From Planctomycetota bacterium (lineage in GTDB: Bacteria > Planctomycetota > PLA2 > JAEUHO01): a DNA stretch of 64,000 nucleotides. Of the stretch, positions 36,981 to 46,413 are shown piece by piece. The stretch covers positions 128,001-192,000 of the forward strand of contig CBDCTJ010000001.1 of assembly GCA_965222115.1 (NCBI GenBank). Direction: 5' to 3'. The position numbers and the translations under genes were made by a program. Each line of letters begins with the position of its first letter. The first letter of the stretch is position 1. The notes under the pieces were generated by a model. It was given only the letters and a program-made list of their open reading frames with translations, was not told the origin of the DNA and did no database searches.

Positions 36981-38117
36981 ATGGCACGTATCCTGCAGGT
37001 CTGCAACACGGAATTCTACCTCCGTGGTTTCCTAATGCCTCTCGTTCATGGCCTTCGAGATCGCGGACACGACGTGGAGGCGGTGTGTGGCACCACGAGT
37101 GATAAGACGATCGAAGGCGTGCAAGTCCATTCGTTTTCATTTCCGCAATCACCGAACCCCTTGACGTTCTTTCGTTGTATTCGACGATTCCGTACATTCC
37201 TAAGGCAACATCGCTACAACGTAGTCAACGCGCACAATCGCAATGCGAGCATCGTAGCGCGCATCGCCGCATGGATGGAGCCTGTTCCACACAACATCTA
37301 CACGGCACACGGATTCTATTTCCATGACAATCAGTCGCGTGCAGCGTACGAAATGACTGTGCTTCTTGAGCGCGCGCTTTCGTGGACCAACACGCACACA
37401 TTCAGCCAGAGCCGAGAGGACCTCGATCGACTGGCGCGACGAGGCGCGTCCCTGATCCGCCGATCGCATTGGATTGGCAACGGGATCGATCAAGCGCGAT
37501 TCGAACGTCGCAGAGGCAAACGTGAAGCAGAGGCGAGCCTTGGCCTCGAACCGGACGTGTTTCGGATCGCGACGGTTGGACGCATCGTGCGTGGCAAGGG
37601 ACTCGAGGATCTCGTTGGCGTGCTACCCAGGCTTCGCGATCGCATCCCAAACGCCCGCCTGTTGATCATTGGCGGCAACATCGATCTAGACATCGAGCCC
37701 TGGGCCGAGGAGCTCTTCGCTTCTATCGACGCACGGGGACTACGTGAGTACGTACACGTCACGGGGCTCACGGATCGTGTGCCGGACTACTTGGAGGCGT
37801 CCGATGTGTACGTGTCGCCTTCCCGCCGCGAGGGCATTTCTCGATCCATGCTTGAAGCCATGTCGTTGCCACTCCCCGTCATCGCGACGCGCGTACGTGG
37901 CGCGCGCGAGGTCCTTCGACATGGGGAGAATGGCCTGCTGTACTCGCCGGGAGACTTGAAGGCGCTCGCCCAACGAATCGGGTCGTTGGCGTCAAACGCT
38001 CGACTCCGCGACGATCTCATGAAGGCGGCTAGACTGACGGTTGAGCGCACCTATACGCAAACCGCCTATGTTGAACGCCAGATCCGCGCCATTGATGAGA
38101 TTCTCCCAATCGCTTGA
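36981..38117 (+). CDS. Glycosyltransferase family 4
   Basis: IYTAHGFYF, IGNGID, VGRIVRGKG, PSRREGISRSMLEAM, HGENGLL. Confidence 0.92.
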   Translation: MARILQVCNTEFYLRGFLMPLVHGLRDRGHDVEAVCGTTSDKTIEGVQVHSFSFPQSPNPLTFFRCIRRFRTFLRQHRYNVVNAHNRNASIVARIAAWMEPVPHNIYTAHGFYFHDNQSRAAYEMTVLLERALSWTNTHTFSQSREDLDRLARRGASLIRRSHWIGNGIDQARFERRRGKREAEASLGLEPDVFRIATVGRIVRGKGLEDLVGVLPRLRDRIPNARLLIIGGNIDLDIEPWAEELFASIDARGLREYVHVTGLTDRVPDYLEASDVYVSPSRREGISRSMLEAMSLPLPVIATRVRGAREVLRHGENGLLYSPGDLKALAQRIGSLASNARLRDDLMKAARLTVERTYTQTAYVERQIRAIDEILPIA

Positions 38118-38160
38118 TTCCCCGGGGATTCCGGCACTGAGAACTAGCTACCCACCAGAA

Positions 38161-38190
38161 ATGCGCGGGCGGACAAAGCCACCCGCGCAT
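38161..38190. terminator. Hairpin between convergent genes (possible bidirectional terminator)
   Basis: ATGCGCGGG...CCCGCGCAT inverted repeat between the stops at 38117 and 38248; no clear U-tract. Confidence 0.5.
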
Positions 38191-38247
38191 GTAGATACGT
38201 GATGTCACTACGCGCAGCGTAGCGCGCGAGACAGCTGATTGTTCAGC

Positions 38248-39414
38248 CTAGAAGTGCCAAGTGACGTGCCACTTGAGCATGGGGAATGAGGCGTCATCAC
38301 CACCGTGGGAAATGTTGGTTCCATAGACGAACGCAACTTCCGGCCCGGTCGAGATGTTGTCGGTGATGAACCAATCGAATCCGATGCCGGCATAGGCGCC
38401 GAGGTAGGAACCGTCGTTATCCACTGAGACCGTGTCCCAGCTAATGCGAATCGGTTCGCCGGTAAACTCAAACAACGTGGCGCCAGCGCGCACGAACGGA
38501 CGGAACGCGGAGTTTTTGTTTCCAAAAGCAAACTTGGCACCAAGGCGCAACGCCCAGAACTTCCCTGTCTCGGGCTCCTCCAGGATTTCCTCCCAGAGAT
38601 CTTGGTACGTGGTACTTACCTCAAGGGAAGTCGTTGCTCCGAAGTAGGTGCCAATCTCCTTACCCACGGTGATGCTGCCACCAATACCGGGGGAAATCTC
38701 GAACGCGCCCTCGACATACCACTTGTCGCAACAGCTCTTGCACGCGCAGACGGGCTTCTTCTTGCAGCACGTCTTCTTCTTGCATGCGCCACAAGCTGCT
38801 GCGGGCGAGGTGCGCGGGGCTACACCGCGGTCACTGCGCATAATGGTGGTACCGGCGATGGGCGCAGGCGTCACGTAGGGTTGCGCCATTGGCGTTGCGT
38901 AAGGCGTTGCCGGGTAGGCCGATGCGTAACCCGTAGCCGGCGCGGGTGAATAGGGCACGACCGGGGCAGGAGCGTAGTACGGAGCAGGAGTCGGGGTATA
39001 GGGAACCACAGGAACCGGCTCGCTGTAGGGGATGCTCTCGCTTGGCATAGGTACCGTTTCGGTGTACGGCGCCGGCATGCCATTCGAAGCTCCCTCAGCA
39101 GGGGGAAGTGGCACCGGCTCACCGGCCGGAGGTGCGTCTTCCGTAGCAAGTCGACTTACGTCATTCGAGGGTGCGACAACAACACCTTCCGTAGTCACGC
39201 CGGTCGTTGTGGCGTTCGCGGAACCCATCGCGCCGGTCGAATCCGCAGACGGCGCATTGATCGTCGCGAGTGCGTTGCCCTGTGCAGGCAATACGCCGTA
39301 GTCCAAGTCGGAACCGGAACCAAAGATGGCCCCCGATCGCTCGACACTCGATGCGCAGGCCGAAAGTCCAATGGCCGCCGCGAAGCACGCGCAAAGCGCT
39401 ACTGTGCGAATCAT
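38248..39414 (-). CDS. Outer-membrane beta-barrel lipoprotein with Pro/Tyr-rich linker and Cys/Lys-rich motif
   Basis: Lipobox LSAC; PY/PAP-rich stretch; CGACKKKTCCKKKPVCACKSCC; barrel GSYLGAYAGIGFDW...GPE...WHVTWHF; GGAGG RBS. Confidence 0.72.
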   Translation of the reverse strand: MIRTVALCACFAAAIGLSACASSVERSGAIFGSGSDLDYGVLPAQGNALATINAPSADSTGAMGSANATTTGVTTEGVVVAPSNDVSRLATEDAPPAGEPVPLPPAEGASNGMPAPYTETVPMPSESIPYSEPVPVVPYTPTPAPYYAPAPVVPYSPAPATGYASAYPATPYATPMAQPYVTPAPIAGTTIMRSDRGVAPRTSPAAACGACKKKTCCKKKPVCACKSCCDKWYVEGAFEISPGIGGSITVGKEIGTYFGATTSLEVSTTYQDLWEEILEEPETGKFWALRLGAKFAFGNKNSAFRPFVRAGATLFEFTGEPIRISWDTVSVDNDGSYLGAYAGIGFDWFITDNISTGPEVAFVYGTNISHGGDDASFPMLKWHVTWHF

Positions 39415-39607
39415 GTTCACCCTCCCTCAAGATGCACGCCGCCCTCCTGGGACGTACCCTCGTGTGAATCGTCTAAGCTAGTTGAGTCGGTTGAAATGAT
39501 CCATTCATGCGCCCGCTGCTTCACAAGAAACGAGAAGGGAGGCGGCCGCCAGAGCTCATCGAATACGCTTACGTAGCGTGCTGTTCGGCTTGCTCATTGG
39601 TATCTCG

Positions 39608-40042
39608 TTAGCCCAGCTTTCCCAACCGAGTGTGACGACCCGGTCCCTCACCAACCGTTGGCGTTCCGTCAACCTCAACCCACGCATGGGCGCCAAAGTC
39701 CTGTTTCTTCCCACTTGCTGCGATATGAATCTCACTCGATACACCTGCCTGCGCATAGAGCGCCCGTGCGCCGAGGGCTTGCGGCAAACAAGACGCGCGC
39801 GGGACAAAGCGCGGCGTGGACGAAACGGCGGATTCGATCTCGGGTGGAGGCACACGAGACGATGCACGTAACTGGGGCGTGTACGCCGCCCCTCGACCCA
39901 AGAGCGCCAACGTCTTCTTGGTGCCGACCACGTTCAAGCTCATGCGGGCCGCGGCCACCCAAACAATAGCCCAAAATCGGATCTGGCCTCGTCGAATGCT
40001 GCGGGGACGTCGGGTGACAGGAAAGCGCACGGTTGCCCTCAC
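39608..40042 (-). CDS. Lasso peptide biosynthesis B2 protein (transglutaminase-like leader peptidase)
   Basis: SCLPQAL (Cys), AHAWVE (His/Glu), VGE; 144 aa. Confidence 0.88.
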   Translation of the reverse strand: MRATVRFPVTRRPRSIRRGQIRFWAIVWVAAARMSLNVVGTKKTLALLGRGAAYTPQLRASSRVPPPEIESAVSSTPRFVPRASCLPQALGARALYAQAGVSSEIHIAASGKKQDFGAHAWVEVDGTPTVGEGPGRHTRLGKLG

Positions 40043-40078
40043 GGTGAGCGCCGCGTCATGAGTAGAGGATTACCTACC

Positions 40079-41839
40079 TCAAGCCAGCGGAACGTCATCG
40101 AACGGACCCTTCACGACGCGAACATGTCCGCGCTCTACGAGTAGACACCGATCGGCCGAGTTAAGAGTGCTTCGTCGGTGCGCAATGATGAACGTCGTTC
40201 GCCCCTCCATGAGCCGCTTCAGCGCGCCCAAGATTTCACGTTCCGTATCGACGTCGAGAGCACTCGTCGGTTCGTCGAGTATCAGTATCGGGGCATCGCG
40301 CAAGAACGCGCGCGCAATTGCAACGCGCTGCCGCTCGCCGCCGGAGAGCTTCACGCCACGCTCGCCAACCTGCGTGTCATATCCCTCGGGCATCGCTGAG
40401 ATAAACGCATGCGCGGAAGCGCGCCGGGCGGCATCTTCAACTTGTTCGCGGGAGGCATGTACATCGCCGACGATGATGTTGTCCACAATCGAACCGGAAA
40501 ACAGAACCGGGTCTTGTTGAACAATGGCGAACTGTCTCCTGAGATCTGCAAGAGCAATCGATCGAATGTCGACGCCATCCAGACTCACACTGCCCGAAAG
40601 AGGATCGTAAAACCGCGGAAGAAGCGAGAGCAATGTGCTCTTCCCCGATCCGGTGCGCCCGGCCACGCCCACGCAACTCCCGGCGGGAATCTCCGCGCTC
40701 ACGGCGTCAAGGACATGCCGCCCGTCTCCGTAACCAAAACGCACATCGCGCAGTGAGACATCGCCGCGGGCCCGATCGAGCCTTTTTGGATGCACCGCAT
40801 CTAAAATCTCCGGTTCTTCGTCGAATACGTCATAGACCCGGCTCACGCGAGCCAAAGCGCTTTGCAGATCGGCTACGCTTGCGCCAAGTGCTCGAATCGG
40901 TGCGTAGAGTTGAGACAGATACGTAAGCGCCATTAAGAGCTCGCCCAAAGTGATTTTGCCCTGCAACACGTGGCGCGTCCCTACGACCAATACTAGCGCG
41001 CCCCCTATAGCTGCGGCCATGCCCATGAGGAAGCCAAGTGCGTTTCGCGCGCGTACGGCCCCCATTTGATCATTGATGGCCGAGCGGTTCTTCTCGATGT
41101 GTGCCGCCTGCTGACGGGACTCCAGTCCATAGGCCTTTACCACGCGGATCGCGTTCAAAGATTCTGACACGATCGAAAGCGCAGCACTGTCGCTCTCATG
41201 CGCGGTCCGCCATCTACGCCTGAGCGCCCGCCGAAACATCTCCACCAAAACGAATACAACGGGCGCCCCGAGCAACGCAATGCCCACGAGCGTCGCATCG
41301 ATCTGCGCAGTAACGATTAGCAACAGCACGACCTTGGCCAGAAGAGGCATCATGGTGAGCATGCCTTCCATGACAACACTCTGAATGGCATACACATCAA
41401 CTTGCGCGCGATAGAGCAGATCCGAAGTTTTGTTGCGCTGATGAAACGCGAGCGACAAACGCTGCAAGTGGCCCAGAAGTTTCGCGCGAAAGTTCCGCAC
41501 GAGGTGCTCACTCGTCCATGAGTAATAAACCCAGTAGAAGTAGCGCCTCACGAGCGTAACGATCGCGATCACCACTAGCCCTACCGCGCAGAGGTAAAGC
41601 AACGCCTCTCCGTCCTGGGTCCACGACGTGAGAAGCCAGTTGGTGAGGTAGTCGGGTGCCGGCTCATCCCCAATCACACAGTCAACGACGATTTGAAGCG
41701 GAATTGGAAACAGTAGCGCCAGGGGCGCCGCGAGCAGCCCAAGCACCAACAACGCCGCCAAGTGTTTCCAAAGCGGACGCGCCTCACGAAAGAGCCGGCG
41801 ATAGAGTGTCCAGTCACCAAGGCGTGTGTATGGAGACAT
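40079..41839 (-). CDS. ABC exporter, fused TMD+NBD
   Basis: GRTGSGKST, LSGGERQR, ILDEPTSALD, IAHR; directly upstream of and co-oriented with B2. Confidence 0.92.
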   Translation of the reverse strand: MSPYTRLGDWTLYRRLFREARPLWKHLAALLVLGLLAAPLALLFPIPLQIVVDCVIGDEPAPDYLTNWLLTSWTQDGEALLYLCAVGLVVIAIVTLVRRYFYWVYYSWTSEHLVRNFRAKLLGHLQRLSLAFHQRNKTSDLLYRAQVDVYAIQSVVMEGMLTMMPLLAKVVLLLIVTAQIDATLVGIALLGAPVVFVLVEMFRRALRRRWRTAHESDSAALSIVSESLNAIRVVKAYGLESRQQAAHIEKNRSAINDQMGAVRARNALGFLMGMAAAIGGALVLVVGTRHVLQGKITLGELLMALTYLSQLYAPIRALGASVADLQSALARVSRVYDVFDEEPEILDAVHPKRLDRARGDVSLRDVRFGYGDGRHVLDAVSAEIPAGSCVGVAGRTGSGKSTLLSLLPRFYDPLSGSVSLDGVDIRSIALADLRRQFAIVQQDPVLFSGSIVDNIIVGDVHASREQVEDAARRASAHAFISAMPEGYDTQVGERGVKLSGGERQRVAIARAFLRDAPILILDEPTSALDVDTEREILGALKRLMEGRTTFIIAHRRSTLNSADRCLLVERGHVRVVKGPFDDVPLA

Positions 41840-42138
41840 GGAGCCGTCGTGTCCCTAAGAACCTGGGAAACCAACATACGTCAACGAGCCAGATCAACCA
41901 CGCCCTGTCCCGCTTGGAATCGCCTCCACGTTCGAGTACGCCCAAGATCACCATCCCCCCGGAACCGTTGACTTGACAGGGCGCGAGCATTTGCGATAGC
42001 CGGTCGCGACCGGGCATCACCGCCGCTTGTCTTGACTTCGGCGACATACTCGGAATCGATTGGAGGCGGAGGGGAACGGGCGGTGAAACATGTAACCGGC
42101 GCGGGTCGTTTCGTACACCCGCATTTGCGCACCCGGCA

Positions 42139-42969
42139 TTGATCGGTGGAGCTAGAGTGTTCCCTGTGACGGAAGGTCCCGAAATTCAATCCATGCTCCT
42201 GGGACGCAATTACCAGGACGGCGACGCGCGCGTGACGTGGAATTCTCGGTGTGGGCGGGCAGACGCTGCCCTCGCTCGCGGGCACGTCAAGCCGGAGAAC
42301 GAGGACGCGCTCCTGGTTCGATTTCGTGATGATACGTGGCTGGCGCTGGTTGCCGACGGCCATTTGGGACACGCCGCCAGCCACGAACTGACCGAGGCGT
42401 TTGCGCGGGCACCTGCGGGGATTACGGGCTCGCCGATGGCACTGGGGCACTTCATCGAAGAGACGCTCCATGGCGCGACACCCCAGCCGGAGGCAGGCAC
42501 TACCCTCACCGTGTGCGCATTGGACATGCGACGACGCGAGCTCTTTGGTTACTCGTGGGGCGACTCGACGGCGGCGATCCTTCGTTCCGGCAAACGTCCC
42601 CGTGTGCTGACCAACAAAAATGGCAACTTCATTCGACTAGACGAATCGATACCGCCTCCACGCCCACAAACGTTTTCATGCCGCATACCCTTTGAGAGCA
42701 CGTTGCTGCTCTACACGGACGGCGTTGACGAATGCCACTACCGGCATCCCGGATCTTCGATCCGCATTCATCACATTCAGAATATCTACGAACGAGCGCG
42801 GGCTTCATCGTCGTCAATGGCTGAACAACTCTTGGACGCAGCACTCGATGGTCTGTCGGGTATGCCGGGCGGCGAAGACAACATTGCCATCCTCTCGATC
42901 ACGCCCGATCAGCGTGCCAAGACGGGCGCGGGTGCTACGCCTGAACGATTCGTGCCCGTGGGTCCTTAA
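42139..42969 (+). CDS. PP2C/PPM family Ser/Thr phosphatase
   Basis: ENEDAL, VADGHLG, GTTL, WGDS, YTDGV, EDNIA; start uncertain. Confidence 0.85.
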   Translation: MIGGARVFPVTEGPEIQSMLLGRNYQDGDARVTWNSRCGRADAALARGHVKPENEDALLVRFRDDTWLALVADGHLGHAASHELTEAFARAPAGITGSPMALGHFIEETLHGATPQPEAGTTLTVCALDMRRRELFGYSWGDSTAAILRSGKRPRVLTNKNGNFIRLDESIPPPRPQTFSCRIPFESTLLLYTDGVDECHYRHPGSSIRIHHIQNIYERARASSSSMAEQLLDAALDGLSGMPGGEDNIAILSITPDQRAKTGAGATPERFVPVGP

Positions 42970-44266
42970 TGCTTCGCATCGCGCCGCGGGTATCCACGAC
43001 CAACTGTGCGTATTGCGCTATCGCCTCATAGTCAAGCGTGCTGTGATTGGTTGAAATCACCACCACGTCGTAGGTTGCGAGCGACTCCGGCGTACAGGCC
43101 ACCGACTTCATGCCCGCGATCTCGGGGTGTTCCCGCATGTCCGGCACTTCGTCCACCAACGGGTCATGGAAGTCCACATGCGCGCCACCGGCTTTGAACA
43201 GTTCGATCAGGTGTGCCGAAGGCGTCTCGCGCACATCATCCACATCGGGCTTATACGCCAGACCCAAGATGAGCACGCGACTTCCCCGGAGCGGCTTCTC
43301 GTCGTGATTCAGGGCTTCAACCACGCGCTGCTTCACCCACTGGGGCATGCGCGTATTGACTTCACCGGCCAACTCAATAAAGCGCGTATGTTGGCCATAC
43401 TCACGCGCCTTCCACGTGAGATAGAACGGATCGATAGGAATGCAGTGCCCGCCGAGGCCCGGACCGGGCCAAAACGCCTGAAATCCAAACGGCTTCGTGC
43501 TCGCGGCCTCGATCACTTTCCACACATCGATGCCCATGGGCGTGAGCACCGTCTTCATTTCGTTGGCAAGCGCAATATTGACCGCGCGGTAGATGTTCTC
43601 AAACAGCTTGGCGGCCTCTGCGACTTCGCAGCTCTCCACGCGTATCGCCTCTTTCACTGCGCAGCCATAGAGCGCGGTAGCCAGCTCGCCGCACGTCTCG
43701 GTGAACCCCCCTACGAGCTTGGGAATGGTCTGCGTGTTGTGACTCTGGCGACCCGGATCTTCCCGCTCGGGCGAATAGGCCAAGAAGTAGTCACTGCCCG
43801 CCTCGAAACCCGATTGATCGAGAATCGGCTTCATGACGCCCGTCGTGGTCCCGGGATAGGTCGTGCTCTCAAGGCTCACGAGCTGCCCGGGCCGAAGGAC
43901 GTCTCGAATCGTCTCGCAGGTGGCCTCTACGTAACTCAGGTCGGGTTCTTGATGCTTTCCCAGGGGTGTGGGCACGCAGAGGATGAGCGCGTCGGCCGTA
44001 GAGAGCGCCGCCTGGCCCGACGTGGCGGCAAAGCTCTCGTGCTCGCTCATCGCGCGAACGAAGTCCTCGCCCAAGTGCTTGAGGTAATTCTCCCCGCGCC
44101 GCAGGGCGTCGATCTTGGCCGGATCCACATCGAATCCGAGCACGGGAAACCCCGCGTCGAAGAAGGCACGAAGCAGCGGTAGCCCCACATACCCGAGCCC
44201 CAATACGCCCACGGTTGCAGTTCGATTTTGAATCTTCTCTCGAAGTTGTTTGGCATTCTCGTTCAC
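42935..44266 (-). CDS. UDP-N-acetylhexosamine 6-dehydrogenase (WbpA/WecC-like)
   Basis: [56 protein letters not shown]. Confidence 0.93.
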   Translation of the reverse strand: MNENAKQLREKIQNRTATVGVLGLGYVGLPLLRAFFDAGFPVLGFDVDPAKIDALRRGENYLKHLGEDFVRAMSEHESFAATSGQAALSTADALILCVPTPLGKHQEPDLSYVEATCETIRDVLRPGQLVSLESTTYPGTTTGVMKPILDQSGFEAGSDYFLAYSPEREDPGRQSHNTQTIPKLVGGFTETCGELATALYGCAVKEAIRVESCEVAEAAKLFENIYRAVNIALANEMKTVLTPMGIDVWKVIEAASTKPFGFQAFWPGPGLGGHCIPIDPFYLTWKAREYGQHTRFIELAGEVNTRMPQWVKQRVVEALNHDEKPLRGSRVLILGLAYKPDVDDVRETPSAHLIELFKAGGAHVDFHDPLVDEVPDMREHPEIAGMKSVACTPESLATYDVVVISTNHSTLDYEAIAQYAQLVVDTRGAMRSIKDPRARIVQA

Positions 44267-44388
44267 GGGGCGGGAGTATAGGGCCGGTGTCGAGCGCCCA
44301 AGAAAAAGCGCTCACCGAAATATCGGATCAAAACGTTTTCAGGTGCGACTACGTAATTGACGTAGGGCAGCAAAAGGGAAATGACCAC

Positions 44389-45462
44389 GTGGCTGGTGAC
44401 GTTCAAAATCCATCGACTCGCTACGCAACGGTCCAGCGCGACCTACGTGCGAGTCCCACACACTGGCTCGTCACCGGCTGTGCCGGGTTCATCGGCTCGA
44501 ATCTCATTGAGCGACTACTGCGACTGAATCAGCACGTGGTGGGACTCGACAATCTTTCGACGGGCTACCAGCACAATCTCGACGAGGTCCAATCCCTCGT
44601 GAGCGACGAGCAATGGTCGCGTTTCCGATTCATCCGCGGCGACATTCGAGACATCGACGTATGCCGCGATGCCACCAAGGGCGTCACGCACGTCTTGCAC
44701 CAGGCCGCCCTCGGCAGTGTCCCTCGCAGCCTTGAAGACCCCATAACGACCAACGCGTCCAATATCGACGGCTTCCTGAACATGCTCGTCGCCGCGCGCG
44801 ACGAGGGCGTATCGAGCTTTGTCTACGCCGCCAGTAGCTCCACCTATGGCGACCACCCCGCGCTCCCCAAGACCGAAGCCCAAATCGGCAATCCCCTCTC
44901 CCCCTACGCCGTCACCAAATACGTAAACGAGCTCTATGCCGACGTGTTCGCCCGCTGCTACGACTTCCCCTGCATCGGCCTACGCTACTTCAACGTCTTC
45001 GGGCCCCGCCAAGACCCAAACGGCGCCTACGCCGCCGTCATCCCCAAGTGGACCGCCGCCATGATCAACGGCGACGACGTCTTCATCAACGGCGACGGCG
45101 AGACCAGCCGCGACTTCTGCTTCATCGACAACGCCGTCCAAGCCAACCTCCTCGCCGCCACCGCCAAGGCGAAGGCACGTAATCAGGTCTACAATGTCGC
45201 AGTCGGCGACAGGACCACGCTCAATGAGCTCTATGAGGCGCTCAAGGACGCTCTTTCAACTCACGGTATTGAAGTCAGTAAGCCGCCCATCCACCGCGAG
45301 TTTCGCCCGGGCGACGTGCGGCATTCGCAGGCGGAAGTCAGCAAGGCAGAGAGGTTGCTTGGGTATGAGCCGAGTCATCGGATTGGAGAGGGTATTGGGG
45401 AGGCGATGGGGTGGTATGTTTCATCCTCTGTAGCAAGTGAATCGGCAGCGGCAACATCGTAG
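44389..45462 (+). CDS. UDP-GlcNAc(A) 4-epimerase (WbpP/TviC-like SDR)
   Basis: [50 protein letters not shown]; GTG start at 44389. Confidence 0.93.
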   Translation: MAGDVQNPSTRYATVQRDLRASPTHWLVTGCAGFIGSNLIERLLRLNQHVVGLDNLSTGYQHNLDEVQSLVSDEQWSRFRFIRGDIRDIDVCRDATKGVTHVLHQAALGSVPRSLEDPITTNASNIDGFLNMLVAARDEGVSSFVYAASSSTYGDHPALPKTEAQIGNPLSPYAVTKYVNELYADVFARCYDFPCIGLRYFNVFGPRQDPNGAYAAVIPKWTAAMINGDDVFINGDGETSRDFCFIDNAVQANLLAATAKAKARNQVYNVAVGDRTTLNELYEALKDALSTHGIEVSKPPIHREFRPGDVRHSQAEVSKAERLLGYEPSHRIGEGIGEAMGWYVSSSVASESAAATS

Positions 45463-45531
45463 GTGCCGATGAGAAAGCGCGAAAACCCGATGACCGATTC
45501 CGGGCAACGCACGCCAAGACGATAGAGTTAC

Positions 45532-46413
45532 ATGATGACTATTCGCAGAAAAGTCGGAAACGTCCTGCGGACGCTCTTGTTGCCGCCTGCGCGACTACTC
45601 CGAGCAATGCATGTTCGACTTCCTGAGCGAGTCTATCGACACTTGCACTCGACTGGTCCGTTCAGCACGCGTCTCCCATGCGGAAACCGCGTAGTTTTGA
45701 TGTCATGGGGTAACAAGGTCGAAAATCAGATCTATTGGAAAGGGGCATTGGGACACGAACCGGCGGCCATGTCCCGTTGGCTGACGCTATCGCGCCATGC
45801 ACGTTGCATACTAGATATTGGGGCCAACACTGGTGTATTCGCATTTTTCGCGAAAGCTACAAATCCTAACGCAGAAGTATTCGCATTCGAACCCATCCCG
45901 CGCATCGCGCAGAGGATACAGGAGAACCGAACTGTCTCAGGACTGGATGTATTGGTGTGCAAGACTGCTGTCGCGAATCAATCCGGCACGGTTTCGATCC
46001 ACGATCCAGGCGGAGAAAACGCATACAGCGCCTCACTCGACGCGAGCTTCCTAAGTAGCGCTACGACCGCAATTGAAGTACCTGTGACTTCGGTAGATGC
46101 GTTTTGTATGTCGCGCGACCTTACCCCGGACTTGATGAAGATCGATGTCGAAGGCGTTGAATCGGAAGTCCTACTAGGAGCGGCGTCGACTTTGCGAACG
46201 GCGCGGCCGTCAGTCATTTGTGAATGGCAAGGTGGCTCTGAATCGCACGCAGAAGTAGCGAAAATGCTTCGAGATTTAGGCTACACGTTGCTTAGCGATG
46301 AAGGTATGCCGTTACGGGCACTTGAGCATCGGAGAGGCCACGAAGATCGAAACGTCTTGTTCATACCGCAAGAGAGAGAAGACCGAATCAAAGTAATTAA
46401 CCACATGGGTTAG
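45532..46413 (+). CDS. FkbM family methyltransferase
   Basis: ILDIGANTG, AFEP, MKIDVEGVESEVL. Confidence 0.9.
   Translation: MMTIRRKVGNVLRTLLLPPARLLRAMHVRLPERVYRHLHSTGPFSTRLPCGNRVVLMSWGNKVENQIYWKGALGHEPAAMSRWLTLSRHARCILDIGANTGVFAFFAKATNPNAEVFAFEPIPRIAQRIQENRTVSGLDVLVCKTAVANQSGTVSIHDPGGENAYSASLDASFLSSATTAIEVPVTSVDAFCMSRDLTPDLMKIDVEGVESEVLLGAASTLRTARPSVICEWQGGSESHAEVAKMLRDLGYTLLSDEGMPLRALEHRRGHEDRNVLFIPQEREDRIKVINHMG

Noticed and set aside
41814-42047. 77-aa ORF upstream of the ABC exporter as a candidate precursor
   Set aside because: No lasso leader motif, atypical composition, overlaps the ABC start.
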